Shown here piece after piece: positions 52,701-63,900 of a stretch of DNA of 64,000 nucleotides. The position numbers and the translations under genes were made by a program. The notes beneath the pieces were generated by a model. It worked only from the letters and a program-made list of their open reading frames with translations, ran no database searches and was not told the DNA's origin. The DNA is from Podarcis pityusensis (Eukaryota), in the NCBI GenBank assembly GCA_964106645.2, contig OZ067039.1; one strand, 5' to 3'. The first letter of the stretch is position 1; every line of letters begins with the position of its first letter.

Positions 52701-54864
52701 GATACAGAAGGGGGTGGGGGAATTGAGACATCCTCCAAAGGTGATTATAGTCTGTAATATCTATATTATAAATGCTACAAACAAACAAAGGCTGCAATCT
52801 TGCATTCAGGCTGCTTAAATCTCACCATCGTATTTAAGCGAAAGATGGCAGACTATTCACCTTTTATTTTCTTAAGAAAACTCACAGATGATTTGACAAC
52901 AATGCAATCATAAGCAAAGTGCCTTGTTATAGGAAAGTGCTTTAAAGCTATAGAAACTCAAATAGTCGCTTTCCACCAGGGGATCATAATTACGAAAGGT
53001 GGAAACATCATCTCTTACATGACTGTAATATAAAAGCTGTTCAATTATAATATTTAATGGTATTTTTGTAACAATTCCTCATGAAATACACAAGACACAC
53101 CCCAAAGCACTGTGAGGGCTTCTGCCAATTTAAATATGAGCCCACAGATCCATTTTCAGCCAATTCTGTTCACCACTTTTTCGAGACTTGCTGTTAGAGA
53201 ATTGTTCCTGTTTTTGTTTCAGCCCCTGCGACAGACTCTTTCAAAAGAGTATCTTTCAATTAGCTGTATCTGAATGATGGAATTGTCTAACATAATTACT
53301 TCATTTTCTTTCTTTCTTTTTCTTTCTATTGTAAGACAGCCATCAATAGCAGGAAAAGATGTTTAGGGACCATCAAAGACAGGGTTCTAAAACAAACTCA
53401 GCACTTTGACCTTTCTGGTTTGGTGTCAAAAAGCCACCAAAAACAAAGCCAAGCAATAAAAGTTTTTAAAGGCAGAATTTGAAACACCCAGAAACTGGTT
53501 TATAAATGTGTGCAAATGTTGGAGATTTTGTCTGGCCTTTTTAAAGTGGAGGAACCCCTCCTACACAAAAAACCCAACTTTTTTTATAGAAAAACAAAAC
53601 TAGAATAAGTCTATGTACCTCAACTGATTACTTTCAAATGATTAACATGAATGCTAATCAGATCTGATTTTAAAGTCTTTTAATTTTAGAATTTTTTTTT
53701 AAAAAAGAAATGTTTTTAATTAAATCATAGCACAAAAATATTGTGATTTGGGGAGGCAAAATTCTTGCCTCCTGTTTTGGTTTTCTCTCTGTCTGTGTGT
53801 AGCCTTTTACCTGCAAACACAATTGCTTGGCTTTGGGTATGTACACATACACACACAAACTTGAGCGTTCTGAAGCAAATGTCATACTCAAAATTAGCCT
53901 GCATCACAGGAACAGCTCCCCATATTACAAAATAAAACTAGGCTTGTATTTGAACGTAGCATTTCTAAAACAGTCACTTAACCTCCCGGCATACATTTCA
54001 CTGCCTAGTTATACAGCTGCAAAGCTCTAATCGCTGTCCCCCCAACCCACCCCCCCAAAAAACAACCACCAAAAAACACTAGCAATGTCATTGCAAATAA
54101 GAGAAGGATAAATATTTGCTACACTGGCTGGTTGCTGTTTTTTGCGTGGCTGTGTTTGTTTTCTATTTCTTTTCATTCGTATAATTAAAGTGAGTTGGGG
54201 GCGGGGGAGAGAAGAATCCTGTGATCTGAACGCCTTCAGGGAGTAGGAAGCCGCACGTTATTTATTTATTTCAAACAGCAACTGTGCCTAATTAAAACTT
54301 CGGATTTGGGGGGAGACAAAATTAATCTCTGTGTGCGTGACAAATAACATTGCCCTCCCCGCCTCTCCTCCTCCTCCTTCTGGCCGCAACCCGATCTCAG
54401 TTCCTTATTTGGCCCTGGCCCATTAGAGAGGTTGGCGAGGAGGCTGTGACGGCGATCCTGTACCTTTAAGGCGGCGGCGCCTTCACCCCGCCCTGGCTCC
54501 CGGCCAATCTAAAACCCGGAGCAGGAGGCGCTTTGCCCATCGCAGCCAAACGCCGATTCCAAAGCGCTCTTTCGCCTGAGCTGTGCGCGGCTTGCTCTGG
54601 GCTCTGTAGCCGCAGGCGCGCTTTCCTTTCCAAGCGGATGGACTTCATCCCTTGCTCGCAGAGGCGAGATCTCCGTCATCTCATCGCTCCTGCTTTAGGC
54701 GGACTTTCCCCCTTTCTGTGCTCTAACCGTTAGGGCTGCTGGTTCTCTCCTCTACCTGGACTTTAAAGAGGCTAGGAATTTGGAGTAGGAAATGTGAGGG
54801 TGGGGGAAAGAGAGAGAAATCCTTCGCACCTAATGCGCCCCAATGGCAACCGTCCGCTCTTAGC

Positions 54865-54960
54865 AGAATCATAGAATTGGAAAGGGTCCTTAGGATCATC
54901 TAGTCCGACCCCTCGCAATGCAGGAATATATATAGCTGTCCCGTACACGGCTCGAACCAG
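54865..54960 (-). mobile_element. Truncated tRNA/CR1-tail SINE within the CpG island
   Basis: agaatcatagaattggaaagggtcc..atctagtccgacccctcgcaatgcagg has the same tail as the 12034 and 43534 copies. Confidence 0.75.
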
Positions 54961-55592
54961 AAGATGAGGCCCGTTTGAAAACTCTGGCCGATGTTAGAAA
55001 ATACCCTCCGGCTCTCGCCCAAGAAACCAGGTCTTTGTGGGACTGGTTTGGATAGGAGTTTATCAACTTCACCTGGCCGTGCAAAGCCAGGATCCGCGGG
55101 CAGACAGTTGGAACAAAGGTCTATCGAGCCAAGTGGGGTTTACTTTGGGGTAAACTTGGCCGGGACAGCAAAGGGGCTGAAATGGAACTGGTATCTTGGG
55201 GTAGGGAGAGGAGAAAAGCCCAACCCCCTCTCCTCCCCTAATTTGCGGATCTGTGTCAAGTTGCCCGAGCGGCTGCGCCTTCCCCCAGGAAGAGGGACTG
55301 GGCTGCACGGCCTGTCGCAGCGTGCACACAAAAGCAGTCGCACGTTACGCGCCTTGACCTCACCTCACTCGGCGCGCTCCCCACGTCGATCGCCGGCTCC
55401 GCAATTCTGGGGACGCACACAGGCAAGCAACCAACTGGTCCCCCGAGCCAGCCCCCAGTCTCAGCTTCCTGCAACCCGCGGCGAACCGAACCAAACGCAT
55501 TGCTTGCGCGCCCCCTCCAACCACCCCAGACACAGCTTGATCTCTCCGAGGGAGAAAGTATACAGGCACGAATTAAGACGGGAGGAACTTAC

Positions 55593-55648
55593 TTGTTTTG
55601 TCATGGAGTCGATTAAGCGGACATAAAAATCCTGTTCTGTTCTGATCC
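55593..55648 (-). CDS. EBF1: EBF1 coding exon 4 (IRTEQDFYVRLIDSMTKQ), 56 nt
   Basis: Acceptor ttgtag|GG and donor CAA|gtaagt. Translated by hand; too short for the ORF track. Confidence 0.97.
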
Positions 55649-56631
55649 CTACAAGCAGGAGAGGGGGAATGGGGAGTGGGGAAGAGAAATAAATTAATCA
55701 AGAGCATCGTTCCGATAAATAATGCAGAAAATGACAAAATGGACAGATCGGTGTTTTCTTGAACTTCGGTTACTCGGCTGTCCAGGAGCAAGAGGGAAGG
55801 GCCTTGGAACCGATTGTCATAATAATCACCATTATTGTTACTGTTATTTATTGTCATCATTACCAAGCACAACCCTAAAAAAAATTTGGGGGATGGATCG
55901 CGAAAATAACAAGGACGTTAGCATTCCGAAAAGCAAGTGAACCCGGGTTCAAATTCCTTGTCACTCCAGCATGCACACAAGCACTTCGAAGACACCCCTC
56001 CCTTCTTTTTTTGGATGGCGCGTAAAGGAGAGATCTTCCGGTGTCCCTTTGCCCCCATCGGTCCCAGTCCGACTTGTCACCCCGCCTTAACCCCCACCCC
56101 AGCGCATATATATTATAAGGGAGAGCGGAGGCGAAAATAGAGTTTTCCCTCTTTTCCTTGAGTTTGACTGCATGGTCGTAGACAAGATTTTTTTGGAGGG
56201 TAGGCCTTTTATTAGGGGAGCAGGGCTTTGGGGGACAGAACCTCCGTTTGCTATGTATTTTTACTGATTTATATTGATTTGGAGGGGGGCAGCTGCCCCT
56301 CCCTGCTCCGCCTTGGCTACCTCCATGTTTGACTGATCAAAGTGGAACGTTGTGTCTGGTGAGCTGGAAACATGCAAAGCGAAAGCAGTCGCCACGTGGG
56401 GAAGGAAAGAGAATCTGTCCTGCCTTATGGGACTACTGGAGAGGTGGCTTTTTCCCTTTTCTTTTCCTCTGATCCATTTCCCCCCTAAAGCATCCCGACG
56501 AGGTGAGCCCTTCTCCCCTCCCCGGCTTCTCACTTCCAGGAGTAAACAGTTCACTTGAGCCAGGGAGCTCCCTAGAGCTTTCAAGCCGCCGTGAGCTGTC
56601 AGGGTTGGGCCGAGCCAGGAAAGGGGCTCAC

Positions 56632-56695
56632 CATTGCTGTAGAGGAGCTGCAGCCGGTAATGGATCCCGTTGTTCGTCTTTTCGCTGTTGGCTTC
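56632..56695 (-). CDS. EBF1: EBF1 coding exon 3 (EANSEKTNNGIHYRLQLLYSN-G), 64 nt
   Basis: Acceptor ttcag|GAA and donor ATG|gtgagc. In frame with exons 2 and 4. Confidence 0.98.
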
Positions 56696-57198
56696 CTGAA
56701 TGGAAAAGGGGCGCACACATATAAGAACGATCGCAGACCACCGAGAGGCTCCAAACTCACTCTGCGCTTTTCTTTACTTTGTTCTTAGTTTCTACACACA
56801 CACACACACACACATCCCGCTTTCTTTCTTTTTTCTTTTTCCCATTCAAGCGGGGATTTAGCTTGAAGCACTTAACCAAAAGTGCCTAAAGGAAGGGAGA
56901 GAGAAGCCTGGGGCAGGGCTGCAACCGAAGAGAAGCCCACGAGGGAAGCCCAGGGATGGAGGGGACACGCCTTGATGTCACGAAGGCAATCGACGGGGTG
57001 GGGGCGTTGTAGTGGCATGAAGTTGTCAAACTGGCTCAATTGGGGTGGAGGTTCTGAGGGGAGAAAGGGACCCTGTGAGCGTTTGGAAGGCGAATCGTCT
57101 GGTAGGGATTTTGCAAAGGCAATGTTATGCCCCCGCTCCCAAATAGCGTGCAAAATAGTTGCAAAGCTAATTTTAAGGCATGGAGGTGTGGAATTGCG

Positions 57199-57230
<32 letters not shown>

Positions 57231-57332
57231 GTGATGGGCTGTGCAAGGGGTGGGGGAGGGTTACAGTTCGCAGGTGAGGCAGTCGGAGCCTCTTCACCAC
57301 CCACCCACCCCGCACTTCACACGTTCACTTAC

Positions 57333-57489
57333 TTTCTCCTTCTCCACGAAGCCCACGAAGGCGGTGCGCTCGATCTCCACCGGCTGCCCCTGCCGGTCGT
57401 ACAGAGCCAGCACGAAGTGGAAGAAGTTCGATTTCCTCAAGTTGGAAGGCGGCTGCTTCTCGAAATGAGCTCGGGCCAGGCCCACCCCG
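57333..57489 (-). CDS. EBF1: EBF1 coding exon 2 ([52 protein letters not shown]), 157 nt
   Basis: Acceptor ctgcag|C and donor AAA|gtaagt. Contains the COE signature [32 protein letters not shown] is EBF1-type. Confidence 0.98.
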
Positions 57490-59185
57490 CTGCAGCCAAA
57501 GACACACACGGTTAGAGAGCCCCGAGGCGGTCCCAAGACCCTCTTAACTCCCATCTCCAAGGGGCTCTCTCTCCCACATGCCACCCCTGCCCGCCTTTCT
57601 GGTCACCCTCGCTGGAGTTAGGGCACTAGACGCCACGGAGTAAGGGGCGCCGGGGCTAGCGAGCCGAAAAGCACTCGAAGTGCCGGCCCAGGGTCCCGCA
57701 CGGCTTTCTAAAATGCCCAGCAAGCTTTCGGGTCACAGCTCAAGGGCCCTCACCCACGTCCATTTCAGGCCTGGTCCTCCTATTCTCCAGCAGAAAATTC
57801 TGTGAAACTCACTAGCCCGAAGGAGAAACCAGAGCAGGTGGCTCAGTCCTACAGGGGAGGCAAACTTATTGATTCACCTATTTTGTTGCCTTTCTTTCTT
57901 TCTTTCTCTCCCGTGTTGGAGCGCCTGGCTCCTCGGAGCCAGAAAGGAAGCAACAATGCTCTCCAAAGTGATTATGATTTTATTTTTTTATGAAACATTT
58001 ATTCTGCTCCTGAAACACCCACCTCCACCCACAAACCTTCTATTTCCACTTTGTAAAGCTCAGGTTGAATTATAGATTGCTTTAAGCTGCCCGAGATAGC
58101 TGAGCTTTGCTTTCCCAGCGCTGTTCTTTCGCAGTCCCCTCCGCTCTGGCCTCAGCTGTCAGGGAAACCCGCCATGTGCCTTATCTTTCCGCCCGAGCTT
58201 TTAAGAGCGCCTCTGGCTCCATCGCCTCTCCGGTTCTTTGCGGTGGGAACCATCCCGCCACAGGCTGCCTAGGAAAACTTTAAACATTTCAACCTTTGGG
58301 TTGTCCCTGCAGAACTGCAGAACTTTCCCTTCCTCAGAGGGGCATTTTTCCTGGGGGTGGTACTGGGCAGAGAAGGATGGACATGAAATACAGCCGAACA
58401 TGACAGTTAAAACCGAGAATTGGCTCTTGGTTCCGGATCCGTTTTAGCAAATGCGCCCCAGGCTGCAATCCGAACCGGGGCTGGCTTGGAGGCGAGTCCC
58501 ACGGCAATAATTCGGACTTGCTTCCGCGCAAACACGGACAGCAAGAGGGGTGTGTGAAAGAGAAAGATTTAGAGATGTCCGGGACAGAGGCTTTGCAGAA
58601 TGCAAGGCTGTGGAGGGCGGGAAGAGCATCCGCGGAAGAGGATGACTACCAATAAATATTGCAAAGGTTTTGCAGAAGGGACACACACACGCGTCTAGCG
58701 TTGTGCATCTAGAAAAAGTTCACTGCCTGTTGCAACTCACTCACAAAAATCGAGGCTTTGGGAGGAAACGGGAGTCAATTCGCATTAGTGCTTATATCTT
58801 CTGGAGGGTTATGCTGGGGAAGGAAGAGCGTTGCACCTATTAATGTAGCTTTTTTGAGAGATGGAGAGACGGTTATGAGACTGGGGGCATCGGAAGAGTA
58901 AACATATTGTGAAAACCATTTTGGGGAGGAGGAGGGGAAATGGAAAGTGTGAGCGAGAGACAGAGAAAGACGTGTTTGCCCAACTAGGAAGGAAGAGCCA
59001 ACGCGCGTAAAGACGCCACTGACAAGGCGCTTGCAACAACAAAAAGTGCCCCCAGCGCAAAAGTCCTGCAGGCAAAAAGTCGGCTGCGGAGAGCTGGTGT
59101 TGCTGGAGAGGTAGCCTGCCGAGACAAGAAGGGAGAGGAGGGCAAGGCAAGGGGAGCGAGGGATGCTGCGCCAGCGCCTACGTAC

Positions 59186-59319
59186 CTCTGCGCGGCCGTG
59201 TTTGCATCCAGGACGCCGGCGCCCTGCATCCAGGTCCTGACCGCGTTCATGCCCGCGCCGAGGGGCTCTTCCTTCATGCTGCTCCCACTCCGCTGAATGC
59301 TTTCCTGGATCCCAAACAT
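59186..59319 (-). CDS. EBF1: EBF1 coding exon 1 ([45 protein letters not shown]), 134 nt
   Basis: ATG at 59319. The translation matches the vertebrate EBF1 N-terminus. Donor GAG|gtacgt after 59186 (phase 2). Confidence 0.97.
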
Positions 59320-59933
59320 GAATTAAAAGCAACCAGGACCCTCCCTTCTTCTTAAAAAATAGTAATAATATAGATCTAAGAGAGAGAGAACGACAACAAC
59401 ACAAAACACAACAACAAAGAATAGTGTTGATGATAATAAATCGCCAGGGAGTGTTTTTTTTTCTTGCTTGCTTTCTCTTTCTCTCTCTCTCTCTCGCTCT
59501 TTGCTTTGCTTTCTTTCTTTTTCTCTGGAACCGCTGCTGGAATCAAAGCAAATCAGAGAAAATCAAACACAGACATTGAAAGGGAGAAGCAGCAGCAGCG
59601 GGGGAGGAAAAACAAAACGAGCGAGAATCCAGAGGGGGACCGAAATCGCCCTCCCCCGGGGTTGGCCGCGGATGCTCTTGGCTTGGCTGGTGGCGAGCTG
59701 GTTCTTGTAGAGGCTGCGTGGCGGAGTGGCCTTTGGAGGAGAAGAATAACAACAATAATATTTTTTTTAAAAAATGATGATGATGATGAAGATGACGACG
59801 ACCGTTTGTTCGCTGGCCGGGATCGCGCCAGAAGCCGGAGGACGAAGGCGCCGTCCCCGTTCCGCGCCGAAGTCACCCTCCTTGGGATCGCCGGAGAAAG
59901 AAGGCAGTTTAAGAAACAATAGGATCGACTGGA

Positions 59934-59975
59934 GCGGCGGCGGCTTTTGCTGCGGCGGCGGCGGCGGCGGCGGCG
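59934..59975. repeat. Interrupted (GCG)n/(GCC)n trinucleotide repeat in the presumed 5' leader
   Basis: gcggcggcggc ttttgct gcggcggcggcggcggcggcggcg. Confidence 0.95.
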
Positions 59976-60379
59976 CCCTTGGCTACCTCAAGTGTCATTT
60001 TCCAGTGACAAGAGAGCGGCAAGTTTGCTGCCTCCCGCGCGCTCTTCTTTCTGGTGCCTTTTCTTCCTGGCTTTTCTCTCCCTCCAGCCAAAGATCTTTT
60101 CCCCCTCTTTCTTTAATATGTATATATTAATATATATATTTGCTTTTTTTTCTTTCTCCGGGGCTCCTCTGGCTCCTCTCTCTCTCTCCTGCCTTTCTTC
60201 CCCAGCGCAGGAAGCTGCCTGCCTGGCTGGCTGGCTGGCTGGCTGCTGGAGAGAGCGAGAGAGGAAGACACGCCGGCAAAGGTAAGCAGCAGGAGCAGGA
60301 GCAGCAGCAGCCTCCGCGGGTGGACGGCGATCCTCTTGGCTTCTTCCCTCCCCCCTTCTTCCCTCCCCCCCACGCGCTC

Positions 60380-60640
60380 GAACCGGAGTGATTTGCAGTC
60401 TTTCCCAATGGAATCCGCTCCGACTCTCCCCGCAGCCAAACACGAGCGCAGCAGCCCCAGCGGGCAGGGGGCGGGGCCCGGCCCGGGCCCGGCTCCGCCC
60501 TCTCCATTTGCATAGCGTCACAACTTCCTCGGCCGCGCCGCGGCTCGCCAATGGGCGGCGAGGAACTCCGAGGTGCGTCGCGCGGCGGGCCGGGGGGACA
60601 CGCCCCGCTCATTAGCATCGCCCCGCCCCCTCGCCTCGCC
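60380..60640 (-). promoter_or_regulatory. Candidate proximal (beta-type) EBF1 promoter
   Basis: GC box GGGGCGGGGC (~60467-60477), octamer ATTTGCAT (60506-60513), ETS/PU.1-type ACTTCCTC (60523-60530) and CCAAT motifs (~60406 and 60548), about 1.1-1.3 kb upstream of the ATG. Confidence 0.6.
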
Positions 60641-62599
60641 GGGAAAAGACCCGAGAAAGTTGCCAGCCAGGGCGCGAGAGCCGCGGGCGGCGAGGAGAAG
60701 GAAGGGAGGGAGGGAGGAAGGGGAAAAGGGGACAGGATCGGGTTGGGAAGAGGCAGGATCGGAGTGGAAAGGCGCAAATGCAGGCGGAGAGCAGCGCGCT
60801 GGCTCTCCGGCAGCAGCCTCGTGGTGTTGTTTTTGTTTTAAGACGCGTGGAAGTTCGGGCGGGCGAGGCGCGCCGTCCAGCAACTGATTCCTGGCTCTTG
60901 GCCTCTCGCGATCCCATCGCTTAAACCAAAGGTGGCTGCGTTTGGGTTTCTTTTTCCCTCTCCAGCACATCGTGTTAAATATTTCCTATATGGCAGCCTT
61001 CCCCAAGTTCCCACCCGATCGAAAGAGGCGAGTTTGCCCTCGAGGTTTCGCGTGAAATGGGCACAGGGACCAAGGTCCTTCTTCCCGCTGCCTCGACGAT
61101 TCGTCCGCCGCTCGTCCCAAAGTTACGCGCCTAAGGTGCGGGTGGTGTTGATTTTGCGCTGTGCAGCCCCTCAGCCAACTACAAAAAAATAAAATTAAAA
61201 ATTAAAAAAGAGGAACGACCTCCAATGCTGTTGTTGTTGTTGCTTCTGTTGTTGTTGTTGCGGGCCACAGTGACAGGCTCTTCCGACTGGATGCAACCCC
61301 CACCATCCTTTCCATAATGGAGACGATTTTGTGAGCACAGCTGTCACCCACCACCAAGCTGGTGTTCCTCTTTTTAAAAAAAGAGCAGATGATCCGTCCG
61401 CATTGTTACATTTCACTCTCACGACCGATTGTACAGTTCCCCCCCTCACCCCATCATCGAGAGATTCGTGGGATTTGTTTCTAATTTATAGTCGGACGAG
61501 GTCATAAGGCAGATGCCTGCAAAAAAACCGAAACAAAAGCACCCACACAAAATATGCCTTGTGTTTTTTAAAATAAGAACCCGTCGTTCGGAGTCTTCGT
61601 TGCGCAGATAGCTCAGCGCGCTATTATTATTATTATTACTATTATTACTATTATGTCTCTCTCGTCCTCCCTTATTTCTTTTCACGTGGCCTCCACATAG
61701 TAGAAGTCACTCTCCGACGAGGAAGTGCCACTTCTCGCCCCACAAAGGGCATTAAAATTATTATTTATTTTCTCCTTTACCAATAAACCAAGGGCGCATC
61801 AGTTTAAAAAGTGCCTAATGGGCTCATTTTATCCCTCTTTCAAATCCAGGAAGGTCGGGTAAATCTTTTTGGGGATGGGGAGTGATGGGGCAGAATGGAG
61901 AAAGCACTCTTTCCTGAAAGAAAAGAGTTTCACTTCAGTTTAGAACGATTTCCATTAGAACGGTGATTGTTTTTCATTCTTGTTATCCGGAGTCTTGGAA
62001 ACACGTGTCTCGAATAGGACGCTGTGGTTCAAATGGACGGGGTTAGCGGCGATGGGTTTTTTAAAATTAAAATATATATACACAAGCCCACTATTTTCTT
62101 TTTCTTGCTTGGTTTGTTCCGAGAAAGAGAAGACGCCGAAGACAGTTAAAAGAAACCCATTGATGCATGCACACGAGCGCCACACGTGTAACACGTATCT
62201 TTGTGGCAGTTTCTTCGCACAAACGCTCTCAAGAACCACCCCTCTCTCTCCAGAGAGAGAGAGAGAGAGAGAGATTACATACCCATACACGCACACTCTG
62301 CAACATTTCCGCTGCAAGCAGCGTTCTGGAACCGACTCAAATTCTGGAGCTGGCTTAAGTCTCCGTGCGTCAAAACTCTCCCCGCGTTCCCTTTCCTTCC
62401 TCTCTCGATCGCCTTGATCGCCAAGTGCCAGAGCCTCCCGCTTTCTCGTACTTGACGTCTAGTGGGACATCTTCGTGCGTGCCCCCTAACTGCTTATCTT
62501 CCCTAAAAGTGATCTAGCCCTCTGCCCCAAACCTCTCCATGCGTGTCGGATTCTCCCCAAAGAGCAACTTCTCTTCAGCGGTGCTAGCATATGGAGAGG

Positions 62600-63140
62600 G
62601 GCACTTTGACAAGCCTGGTCAGCCTTTTTATAATAATGTGGCGCAAAAACAAACGCTTTATCCTCCCAGGGTAAATCAACTGATCGTTAGGAAGTTGCAG
62701 CCAGAGACGTGACTTGTTCTTTTCTCTTTTCCTGCCCAAAGACTGCGGGCTTGGTATCCTCTCCCAGCCCTTCTCGCAAATAATTTTGTATAAGACTTTT
62801 ATCTGGGAGAAATTTTAAAACTAAATTCAGGGTGGCTTTTTCCGACTTTCTTTCTTTCTTTTGTCCGTGTCTACATGTGTACATCTGCACAGGTGTTGCA
62901 CCGACGTTGTTCACGCTTGCAAAAACATGCAAATAATGTGGTTCTAACACCTTGTATTGCAGCGTATTGATAAAGAGCCTCTTTCAAAATTCACTTGCCT
63001 CAATATGCAGATAATATAACAAATGATTATAGATAGACACACAGACACACATCAGTTTATAAACTGATTTCCAGGAAGGCAGACAGGTAACCACTGACAG
63101 AGATCTGATTTCATTTATTTCCATGGGGCCATTTTGAACA
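62600..63140 (-). promoter_or_regulatory. Candidate distal (alpha-type) EBF1 promoter/enhancer
   Basis: Minus-strand TATAAAA (62626-62632), EBF-like TCCCAGGGTA (62664-62673), E-boxes CATGTG/CATCTG/CAGGTG (62874-62895), octamer ATGCAAAT (62927-62934) and STAT GAS TTCCAGGAA (63069-63077). Confidence 0.4.
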
Positions 63141-63761
63141 TCCATAGCTCTTTGTAGGTACTTCTGTCTGCCTGTATTTCAAATGAATATTGAATGAAGA
63201 GGGCAACCCATGTATGCAGCATTGTGTCTGAAACCCAACAAGTTAAAGACTGCTGCGAGTACAAAATTCAGCTTCATTTTGACTGACATTGGTGCCTATA
63301 TTTGTGAAGATCAAGAAATCTGGCAATTGAGTGCATTGCTTTACCAGAGTCTCACTGAGTATACAAATAGGGGCATGTGCTGTACAGGGTTCATCTGAGT
63401 TGAACGGTGAATGGCCATAAAATCTGCATTGTGCGCAGGCTTAATATTTAATATTCCTATGTAAACCTTTACTGATATTATCATTATTATTTTCTGCAAA
63501 CTATCTGGGATCCTTATGGTGATGGGTGGGCCAGAAATCCTCTAGATATGAATAAATATTAAACTGACAGAGTTAGCAGGAGTTCACACAATCACCTGGT
63601 CAACACAGAATAATACCTGCATTTATGTACATTCTCCATTCAACTTAATCAAACACATGCACAGTCAATTTCACTAGGGGGAGGTAGTTGGCTTCAAATC
63701 TACCTGAAAGTCCCAAAGCATGAGGACTTGGTACCCTGCTCCTTATTCCAAGTTTTGTAGG

Positions 63762-63900
63762 CGTGGGCATAGCCAGGGGGGCAGCTGCCCCCCAATCAAG
63801 TAAATAAATAAAAATACTTACCTGACCAATTGTGTCACCAATAACTCGGTTCTGCCCTCTCCTAGCATAAAACCTACTTCCACCTAAAATAAGCCCATAT
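63762..63900. mobile_element. Degenerate copy of the 31478 hAT MITE family
   Basis: gtgggcatagccaggggggcagctgcccc..caagtaaa...aaatactta.ctgaccaat...tcggttct is shared with 31478-31621. Confidence 0.7.

Larger units (their letters stand above)
54340..62600. promoter_or_regulatory. CpG island spanning the EBF1 promoter and exons 1-4
   Basis: Abrupt rise in CG dinucleotides and GC content relative to the CpG-depleted introns. Almost free of transposons. Boundaries are estimated by eye. Confidence 0.85.

Noticed and set aside
54466-62455. Many long overlapping ORFs (up to 216 aa) in the CpG island
   Set aside because: Expected from stop-codon scarcity in GC-rich DNA. They are Arg/Gly/Pro/Ala-rich, often have non-ATG starts, and show no recognisable domains apart from the EBF1 exons.
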